A stretch of 64,000 nucleotides of DNA from Bacteroidota bacterium. Lineage in GTDB: Bacteria > Bacteroidota > Ignavibacteria > UBA10030 > SZUA-254. The notes below the pieces were generated by a model, which was given only the letters and a program-made list of their open reading frames with translations, was not told the origin of the DNA and made no database searches. Both the position numbers and the translations under genes were made by a program. Below, piece by piece: positions 57,611 to 64,000 of the stretch (within the stretch, counting starts at the first letter, position 1; each line of letters opens with the position of its first letter). The stretch covers positions 34,775 to 98,774 of the forward strand of contig DATJGD010000012.1 in assembly GCA_035495255.1 (NCBI GenBank), read 5' to 3'.

Positions 57611-59473
57611 CTATTGCACCACCAACACCGGGATCGAGAGTTTGTGCCGCACCTCTGATATCGAGGCTCCGAACAAAATATCTTTGATGCCCCTGTGTCT
57701 GTGGCCTCCCATCACCAAAATGTCAATGCCTGTTTCGCTGCAGAGTTTAACAATCTGTTCGGGCACATTTCCGTAGCCGAGCAGCGGCACAACATCGATA
57801 TTCAACGATCGCACATGTTGAGCGATTTCGATGAGCCTGCTGTTATCGGTGCGCGCTTCGTTATCGAACGCGTTTGTTCCGTACAACTGGCCGCTGACAC
57901 CTTCCACGATATGAAAGAGAAACATCGTCGCGCCGTGCTGCCTGGCGAGCGTCTGAGCGTGCGATAAGGCCTTGGCATCCATTTCGCCGTAATCGAGCGC
58001 GACGCCGACCTTCGTATACTTCTGCGGCGCAATGTCGTAACCCGACGGTGCGACGGGGGCGCTCTTCTGCTTCCTGAGCCATCTCCTTGGAATTGCAATG
58101 TACAGGAGAAGCAGCCCGCAGCCGGCCGCAACCGGGACGACGGTGCCCCAGATCCAGCCCGCGTGTTCGGCGGTGGCTATCCAATCTCCGATCGTGGAAA
58201 CGACCAGCTTCGCGTTGAGCCCGACAATGAGAACCGCCGTAATCCATGCCAGGATCTTGACCCATCGCTTGTTCACAAATTCCCCCATGCGCGATTTCTC
58301 GCTCGTGAACTGTATCAGCGGGATGACGGCGAACGGAAGCTGCAGGCTAAGTATAACCTGACTGAGGATCAGCAGCCCATACGATCCCTGCTCTCCCTGG
58401 ATCCCGATGACAAAGACGGCGGGGATGATGGCAATAAGCCGGGTAATGAGGCGCCGAAGCACCGGACGAATCTTAAATTGCAAAAATCCTTCCATGACAA
58501 TCTGGCCCGCAAGTGTTCCGGTGAGCGTCGAGCTTTGACCGGCGGAAAGAAGCGCCACCGCAAAGAGGGTGCTCGCCAGTGTCGTCCCCAGCAGTGGCGT
58601 AAGAAGCTCATGCGCCTGCTGGATTTCCGTCACGATAACATTATGCTTGAAGAAGACCGCAGCAGAGACAATAAGGATCGCCGCGTTGACGAAGAACGCC
58701 GCGTTCAGCGCGACAGCCGTGTCCACAAAATTCCATTTGCATGCCTGCCTCTTCCCCTCCGGTGATTCTTCGACCGCCCGGGTCTGGACTAACGCAGAAT
58801 GAAGGTAGAGATTATGCGGCATGACGGTGGCCCCCAGGATCCCGATCGCGATATACAGGCTTTCACTCGTGAGGTGGGGGGTGAACCCGGCGACGACATT
58901 TCCCCATTCGGGCCTCGACAAAAACACTTCTATCCCGAAGCAAATGCCGATCGTTCCGACGAGCATGAGGATAAACGCCTCCATCTTGCGAATGCCCAAC
59001 TGCTGAATCACCAGGAAGAGCATCGTATCAAAACCGGTGATGATGACGCCGTAGAGAAGAGGTACTTTAAAGAGGAGGTTGAGGCCGATCGCGGTGCCGA
59101 GCACTTCGGCAAGGTCGCACGCGGCAATTGCCACCTCGCAAAGGACCCAGAGAATGAACGCGACCGGTTTCGGATAATTCTCGCGGCACGCCTGCGCGAG
59201 GTCTCTTCCGGTGACGATCCCAAGCCTCGCGGAAAGTGTTTGCAGCAGCACTGCCATGAGATTCGACATCAGAAGCACCCAGATCAGCTGGTACCCGAAG
59301 CGCGCCCCGCCTTCGAGATCGGTCGCCCAGTTTCCGGGATCCATATACCCTACGCTCACCAGGTACGCGGGGCCCGCGAACGCCATCATGCGACGGAACG
59401 TGCCGGCGTTCTTCGGGATTGTGACCGAGCGGTGAACTTCCGATAACGATGTGGATGTCGATTCTGTTTTCAA
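57611..59473 (-). CDS. mntH: Nramp-family divalent metal (Mn2+/Fe2+) transporter MntH fused to a C-terminal universal-stress-protein (UspA) domain
   Basis: 620 aa. Nramp signature GYMDPGNWATD plus 11 TM helices, then a ~140-aa Usp-like alpha/beta domain (VGVALDYGEMD...ILVMGGHRHRGIKDILFGASISEVRHKLSIPVLVV). Confidence 0.85.
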   Translation of the reverse strand: MKTESTSTSLSEVHRSVTIPKNAGTFRRMMAFAGPAYLVSVGYMDPGNWATDLEGGARFGYQLIWVLLMSNLMAVLLQTLSARLGIVTGRDLAQACRENYPKPVAFILWVLCEVAIAACDLAEVLGTAIGLNLLFKVPLLYGVIITGFDTMLFLVIQQLGIRKMEAFILMLVGTIGICFGIEVFLSRPEWGNVVAGFTPHLTSESLYIAIGILGATVMPHNLYLHSALVQTRAVEESPEGKRQACKWNFVDTAVALNAAFFVNAAILIVSAAVFFKHNVIVTEIQQAHELLTPLLGTTLASTLFAVALLSAGQSSTLTGTLAGQIVMEGFLQFKIRPVLRRLITRLIAIIPAVFVIGIQGEQGSYGLLILSQVILSLQLPFAVIPLIQFTSEKSRMGEFVNKRWVKILAWITAVLIVGLNAKLVVSTIGDWIATAEHAGWIWGTVVPVAAGCGLLLLYIAIPRRWLRKQKSAPVAPSGYDIAPQKYTKVGVALDYGEMDAKALSHAQTLARQHGATMFLFHIVEGVSGQLYGTNAFDNEARTDNSRLIEIAQHVRSLNIDVVPLLGYGNVPEQIVKLCSETGIDILVMGGHRHRGIKDILFGASISEVRHKLSIPVLVVQ

Positions 59474-59474
59474 T

Positions 59475-60131
59475 CTACGCCTTTGTTACAAAGACCGCTT
59501 CAGCAAGTTTCTTGCTGATAAATTTCTTTTTGTTCCCAACCTTGACGGTCATCGATCCGTCGAAGTCGAGCTTTTCTTCAACGCGCAGCTTGGCGTTCAG
59601 CTCCAAGCCCAGCCGTGAGGCGTGCTGAAGCAGCGCGGAATCATCATCGTTAACGCGGGCGATCGCAACCCGGTCGCCGGTAGAAGAATCCGATAATTTC
59701 CGCAGCTCCTTCACCTCGAGGATCCCTTCTGCCGTCGGGATCGGATCTCCGTGAGGATCGACCTTCGGGTATCCGAGAGCCTTGTCGAGCCGTTGTTCCA
59801 TCTCGTCGGAGGTAACATGCTCAAGGAGCTCAGCTTCATCGTGGACTTCGTCCCACGAATACCCAAGGAATTTCACCAGCAGCATTTCCCACAACCGGTG
59901 GCGCCGCATCATTTTCAGGGCAAGGCGCTTCCCCTGTTCGGTCAATTCAACTCCGCGGTACGGAGTGTGCCACAGCAGCTTCCGCTCCGACAGCTTCTTC
60001 ACCATATCGGTGACCGATGCGTCGGTAATTTCGAGGTGTGCGGCCAATTCAGATGTCGACACCGTGCCGCCATCCTGCTGGAGTTTATAGATGCCTTTTA
60101 TATAGTCTTCGGTGCTTTGGTTGTGTTTCAT
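59475..60131 (-). CDS. mntR: DtxR/MntR-family metal-dependent transcriptional repressor with a C-terminal FeoA/SH3-like domain
   Basis: 218 aa. N-terminal wHTH (TSELAAHLEITDASVTDMVKKL), metal-site residues and dimerisation helix, C-terminal SH3-like domain. Immediately upstream of mntH (1-nt gap). Confidence 0.85.
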   Translation of the reverse strand: MKHNQSTEDYIKGIYKLQQDGGTVSTSELAAHLEITDASVTDMVKKLSERKLLWHTPYRGVELTEQGKRLALKMMRRHRLWEMLLVKFLGYSWDEVHDEAELLEHVTSDEMEQRLDKALGYPKVDPHGDPIPTAEGILEVKELRKLSDSSTGDRVAIARVNDDDSALLQHASRLGLELNAKLRVEEKLDFDGSMTVKVGNKKKFISKKLAEAVFVTKA

Positions 60132-60138
60132 GGCAAAG

Positions 60139-60154
60139 TTTAGGTATGCCTAAA
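60139..60154. promoter_or_regulatory. DtxR/MntR-type operator TTTAGGTATGCCTAAA overlapping the mntR promoter/5' UTR
   Basis: Inverted repeat TTTAGG-tatg-CCTAAA 8-24 nt upstream of the mntR start codon. Closely matches the DtxR consensus half TTAGGTTAGCCTAA. Confidence 0.5.
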
Positions 60155-60195
60155 TATATGATTTGGAGGGCATAAATCCAAATTCGTCCGAACGC

Positions 60196-60226
60196 CAAAT
60201 AAAAAGCCGGCTTCGAGGGCCGGCTT
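60196..60226 (-). terminator. rho-independent terminator downstream of the POT transporter gene
   Basis: GCCGGC-ttcgagg-GCCGGC hairpin followed, on the minus strand, by a T-tract (plus-strand AAATAAAAA). Confidence 0.5.
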
Positions 60227-60250
60227 CCGCAGAAATGTGTCGGGAAAATG

Positions 60251-61615
60251 TTAGTGTACGCCACCCATGAGTTTTCGTATCGGCTTTACAAAGATGAACA
60301 TCACCGCGGCAGTTACAAGCAGGATGACCGACACTTCGCCGAAGAGCTGACTGAGAGGCATCGTCGCAAAGAATCCCGCGGCCCACCCCGCCAGCTTGTT
60401 TCCGAAAGAGTTCGAGAGGAACCAGACACCCATCATGAGCCCGAGTATTCGCGGAGGAGCAAGTTTTGTGACCGCGCTGAGGCCGATCGGATAGAGACAA
60501 ATCTCTCCGAACTCCGAGATCGCGTACGAGAGCACCAGCCACCAGGGGCTTACCCGCGCGCCGGGCTCGCTCTGGGCATACGAACCTGCCGGAACGAGCA
60601 CGAGAAATGCGAGCGCCATAAAGAACACTCCGATCGCGAGTTTTGCGGGGACTGACGGCTCGCGCTTTCCGAGGCGCACCCAGAGCCAGGCAAAGAAAGG
60701 CGCCAGGATGATGACGAACACCGGCTGCACAGACTGAAACCATGACGACGGAAATGAAAAGCCGAACGCTTCAAGGCGTGTATACCGGTCCGCGAAGAGA
60801 TTGAGCGTTGTGCCTGCCTGCTCATACGCCCCCCAGAAAATAATTGCAACAATAAAGAAAATAAAGACAGCGCCGATGCGTTTCCATTCCTCGGCAGTAA
60901 ATCCGCCGCCTGTGTGCACGGCCTGTGTCGCCGTCTGTGCCTTCGATTCCTGGATTCGGTCGACCGCTTGCTGCAGGCGCTTTCTTCCCAGAACATACTG
61001 GATAAGCCCAAATGCCATTCCGACGCCGGCGCAGGCAAAACCAATATGCCAGTCCACTTTCTGCGCGAGGTAGCCTGCGATGAGCGGGCCGAACAGCGCG
61101 CCAAGATTAATTCCCATATAAAAGAGGGAAAACCCGGCGTCGCGTCGAGTGTCATCCTTCGGATATAACGAGCCGACAAGGGTGCTCGCGTTTGGTTTCA
61201 ATAATCCGGTTCCGATGATGATCATTCCAAGGCCGGCATAGAAAAAGGGGAGGTCTTTGAATACCAGCGTAAAATGTCCGAGCATGATGATAATACCGCC
61301 GACAAGAACGCTGCGGTATTGGCCGAGGAACCGGTCAGCGACAAACCCTCCGGCGATTGCGGCGCCCCATACGAGGCCGGTATACCAGCCGTAAATCGAT
61401 CCGGCATCCGCGTCCGTTAATCCCAAACCGCCCGCCGCCGCGGGTGCCACCATATAAAGAATGAGGAACGCGCGCATCCCGTAATAGCTGAACCGTTCCC
61501 ACATTTCGGTAAAGAACAATGTCGATAACCCGCCCGGGTGGCCCAGAAATGTTTTCTCCTGCGATCCGCCCATCGTTGATGCCGGTGAGGCAGCAGTCAT
61601 CGTTTCGTTTGCCAT
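60251..61615 (-). CDS. POT/PTR2-family proton-dependent di/tripeptide transporter (MFS)
   Basis: 454 aa. PTR2 signature FTEMWERFSYYGMRAFL and ~12 TM helices. Confidence 0.85.
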   Translation of the reverse strand: MANETMTAASPASTMGGSQEKTFLGHPGGLSTLFFTEMWERFSYYGMRAFLILYMVAPAAAGGLGLTDADAGSIYGWYTGLVWGAAIAGGFVADRFLGQYRSVLVGGIIIMLGHFTLVFKDLPFFYAGLGMIIIGTGLLKPNASTLVGSLYPKDDTRRDAGFSLFYMGINLGALFGPLIAGYLAQKVDWHIGFACAGVGMAFGLIQYVLGRKRLQQAVDRIQESKAQTATQAVHTGGGFTAEEWKRIGAVFIFFIVAIIFWGAYEQAGTTLNLFADRYTRLEAFGFSFPSSWFQSVQPVFVIILAPFFAWLWVRLGKREPSVPAKLAIGVFFMALAFLVLVPAGSYAQSEPGARVSPWWLVLSYAISEFGEICLYPIGLSAVTKLAPPRILGLMMGVWFLSNSFGNKLAGWAAGFFATMPLSQLFGEVSVILLVTAAVMFIFVKPIRKLMGGVH

Positions 61616-61778
61616 AGATTTCCTTCGCTGTGAATGATCGCGCCACGTACCTGGGTGCGTGGCATCCGGAGTGTAAAGTAGCGATTGCCCATGTGAGAAT
61701 CAAGGAATCTTGCGGGGCGAAACTTGTCCGGGGCAGCGAGGGGAGGCTGCCGGGACCGTTGATTAAGGCGTTGCCAGG

Positions 61779-61812
61779 AAAAAGAAAAGCCCCGTCCTTC
61801 AGGGGACGGGGC
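61779..61812 (-). terminator. rho-independent terminator after the DUF1059-like gene (minus strand)
   Basis: GCCCCGTCC-ttcagg-GGACGGGGC 9-bp stem followed on the minus strand by CTTTTCTTTT. Confidence 0.55.
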
Positions 61813-61843
61813 CGGTGCAACGGAACGATGAGAAAGCTTCGAA

Positions 61844-62182
61844 TTACTTGGTGGCTTCCTCGGTCTTCATCATTTCTTTGATCTTCGCGTCGGTCATGGT
61901 CATTTTGTGGACCATCTTCGCGTGCGTTTTGACCATCGAAATGATTTCTTTTTCGCTATGGCTTCGAACCATGAAGCCGCAGGTCGCGTCGCAGTTTACC
62001 GACTTCAACGGACCGGACATGCTCTCATCTTTTTTCATTTCCCCTTTGGCATCGTCCTTCTTCATCTCCATTTTCTTATCGTCCTTCTTCATCTCTTGTT
62101 TTGCGGCATCCTGGGCGAACGTGGCAAGGGAGAAGGAGAGTGTGAGCGCGAACAAGAACAATGCGGCAAAAATTCGTTTCAT
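61844..62182 (-). CDS. secreted DUF1059-like protein with a Met/Lys/Asp repeat linker (paralogue of 44743-45167)
   Basis: Start at MKRIFAALFLFALTLSFSLATFAQ with an RBS GGAG upstream. Repeat EMKKDDKKMEMKKDDAKGEMKKDESM. Then CDATCGFMVRSHSEKEIISMVKTHAKMVHKM. The ORF-track start at 62260 is rejected. Confidence 0.65.
   Translation of the reverse strand: MKRIFAALFLFALTLSFSLATFAQDAAKQEMKKDDKKMEMKKDDAKGEMKKDESMSGPLKSVNCDATCGFMVRSHSEKEIISMVKTHAKMVHKMTMTDAKIKEMMKTEEATK
62051..62095. repeat. intragenic tandem repeat (18-nt unit atcgtccttcttcatctc, 27-nt period) encoding the KKDD..MEM repeats
   Basis: Two identical copies at 62051-62068 and 62078-62095. Confidence 0.5.
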
Positions 62183-62349
62183 ATGAACTCCTTTCAGATG
62201 ATGTGAGTTGTGATTTGCTGCCCCCGGTTTGGCAATAGAAGGTACCCCTTTCAACGGCAAAAATCAATTCGGGAATCCGGCTTTTGTACCTCTCCCCATT
62301 TTTCCGTATCTTGAGTCCACTTTTCAAGGAAAAACGTCAAATTATCATT

Positions 62350-64000
62350 ATGTCTTCAGTTTCTACAATTCCGACGAACAATCAAAGGCTTATCACGTGG
62401 GTCGAGGAGATGAAATCCCTCTGCAAGCCCGACGCGGTCCATTGGTGCGACGGTTCGGAGGCGGAATACCAGAGGCTCTGCGATCAACTCGTCGCTTCCG
62501 GGACATTTATCAAGCTCAACGAGCAAAAGCGGCCGAACAGTTTTCTCTCGCGGTCAGATCCCGGAGACGTCGCCCGCGTCGAAGACCGGACGTTCATCTG
62601 CAGCGTTCGGAAAGACGACGCCGGGCCGATGAACAACTGGATCGCCCCGAAAGAAATGAAAGAAAACCTTACCAAACTGTTCAACGGCTGCATGCGAGGA
62701 AGGACGATGTACGTCATTCCCTTCAGCATGGGGCCGCTCGGTTCTCCCATTTCCCACATCGGCGTCCAGGTCACCGACTCGCCGTATGTCGTCGTGAGCA
62801 TGAAGATTATGACGCGCATGGGAAAGAAGGTGTTGGATGTTCTTGGCGCGGATGATTTCGTTCATTGCTTGCATTCGGTGGGAATGCCCCTCGCACAAGG
62901 CCAAAAGGATGTACCGTGGCCGTGCAATAAGGATCAAAAGTATATCGTCCACTTTCCGGAAGATCGAACCATCTGGTCGTTCGGAAGCGGATACGGCGGA
63001 AACGCGCTGCTGGGAAAAAAATGTTTCGCGCTTCGCATCGCGTCGACGATGGCGCGCGACGAGGGCTGGCTCGCCGAACACATGCTCATCCTCGGCGTGG
63101 AATCTCCCGACAAGGAAAAATCCTACATCGCCGCGGCGTTTCCCAGCGCCTGCGGAAAAACAAATTTTGCGATGCTCATCCCTCCGGCGGCGTTTAAAGG
63201 GTGGAAGGTGACGACAGTCGGCGATGACATTGCCTGGATCAAACAGGGAAGCGACGGGAAACTCTACGCGATCAACCCCGAAGCGGGCTATTTCGGAGTG
63301 GCACCGGGGACTTCGTACAAGACAAATCCGAACGCGATGGAGTGCATTAAGGCGAATACGATCTTTACGAACGTCGCGCTGACCCCCGACGGCGACGTTT
63401 GGTGGGAAGGAATGTCGAATCCTCCCGAGAAGCTTACCGACTGGCGGGGAAAAGAGTGGACTCCGAATTCTCCCGGGCCGGCGGCTCACCCGAACGCACG
63501 CTTCACCGCGCCGGCGCACCAGAACCCGATCATCGACCCTTCGTGGGAAGATCCTAGCGGCGTTCCGATCAGCGCGTTGATTTTCGGGGGAAGAAGAAGC
63601 ACAGTCGTCCCGCTGGTCCATCAGTCCGCGAACTGGAACTTCGGCGTCTACATGGCGGCGACGATGGGCTCCGAAACGACGGCTGCTGCGGCCGGCGAAG
63701 TCGGAAAAGTGCGCCGCGACCCGTTCGCGATGCTTCCGTTCTGCGGCTATCATATGGCCGATTATTTTAACCACTGGCTGCAGTTTGGCCGGAATCTTCC
63801 AAACCCGCCGAGAATCTTTGCCGTAAACTGGTTCCGGAAAGACGAGAACGGAAGATTCATTTGGCCGGGATACAGCGAGAACATGCGCGTCCTGAAATGG
63901 ATCGTCGACCGCGCGCGGGGCCGCGGGCACGCCATTGAAAGCCCGCTCGGCTGGATGCCGCTCTACGAGGATTTTATGTGGGAGGGTCTGGAGAGCTTCA
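62350..64000 (+). CDS. pckG: phosphoenolpyruvate carboxykinase (GTP), 3' end beyond the window
   Basis: Manual translation from ATG 62350: [36 protein letters not shown]... with [24 protein letters not shown] and [18 protein letters not shown] (GTP-PEPCK P-loop/kinase-1a). Absent from the ORF track because no stop occurs before the window end. The antisense ORF 62554-63930 is rejected. Confidence 0.9.
   Translation, partial: MSSVSTIPTNNQRLITWVEEMKSLCKPDAVHWCDGSEAEYQRLCDQLVASGTFIKLNEQKRPNSFLSRSDPGDVARVEDRTFICSVRKDDAGPMNNWIAPKEMKENLTKLFNGCMRGRTMYVIPFSMGPLGSPISHIGVQVTDSPYVVVSMKIMTRMGKKVLDVLGADDFVHCLHSVGMPLAQGQKDVPWPCNKDQKYIVHFPEDRTIWSFGSGYGGNALLGKKCFALRIASTMARDEGWLAEHMLILGVESPDKEKSYIAAAFPSACGKTNFAMLIPPAAFKGWKVTTVGDDIAWIKQGSDGKLYAINPEAGYFGVAPGTSYKTNPNAMECIKANTIFTNVALTPDGDVWWEGMSNPPEKLTDWRGKEWTPNSPGPAAHPNARFTAPAHQNPIIDPSWEDPSGVPISALIFGGRRSTVVPLVHQSANWNFGVYMAATMGSETTAAAAGEVGKVRRDPFAMLPFCGYHMADYFNHWLQFGRNLPNPPRIFAVNWFRKDENGRFIWPGYSENMRVLKWIVDRARGRGHAIESPLGWMPLYEDFMWEGLESF

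Noticed and set aside
62554-63930. 458-aa minus-strand ORF in the ORF track
   Set aside because: Antisense to the plus-strand GTP-PEPCK gene, whose translation carries the diagnostic kinase motifs. The PEPCK ORF is missing from the track only because it has no in-window stop.
1-64000. Search for tRNA/rRNA, CRISPR repeats, transposases, integrases and phage genes
   Set aside because: No T-arm-like GTTCGAATC motifs in cloverleaf context, no regularly spaced repeats, and no recombinase-like ORFs were seen. The window looks like stable chromosomal core plus a conserved-hypothetical island.

Overview
This 64 kb window is a GC-rich (high 50s % by eye) bacterial chromosomal segment with dense, mostly overlapping genes. 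A subtilase carrying a type-IX-secretion C-terminal sorting domain suggests an FCB-group-like organism; this is inference from one domain. Gene content, left to right: (1) the 3' end of mreD, then mrdA (PBP2), rodA, a Lon-related AAA+ protease, dcd, a secreted S9 peptidase, a small lipoprotein, pyrF and purK-purE. (2) A poorly characterised block: on the minus strand a DUF4159-like exported protein coupled to a 1139-aa membrane-anchored coiled-coil, Gln/Gly-rich protein; divergently on the plus strand three parvulin/SurA-type periplasmic chaperone genes followed, with overlapping stops and starts, by a MoxR AAA+ ATPase, a T9SS-sorted S8 subtilase, and a 728-aa protein with two N-terminal TM helices and a vWA domain. 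(3) A complete minus-strand dcw cluster, mraZ-rsmH-ftsL-ftsI-murE-murF-X-mraY-murD-ftsW-murG-Y-Z-murC-murB-ftsQ-ftsA-ftsZ, with three non-canonical inserted genes and a candidate MraZ direct-repeat operator. (4) mfd, arfB, thyX, a mutT-like/mutY-like/ogg oxidative-damage repair operon, a saccharopine-dehydrogenase-family gene, yajQ, an AmiC-like amidase, an orphan histidine kinase with a periplasmic CXXCH motif, a mntR-mntH(Nramp-Usp fusion) operon with a DtxR-type box, a POT peptide transporter, two paralogous secreted DUF1059-like proteins (one apparently frameshifted), and the 5' portion of GTP-type PEP carboxykinase running off the window. No tRNA, rRNA, CRISPR array, transposase or integrase was recognised. 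The most novel-looking candidate is the split MoxR/vWA/subtilase plus DUF4159/giant-coiled-coil module wrapped around the PPIase triad.
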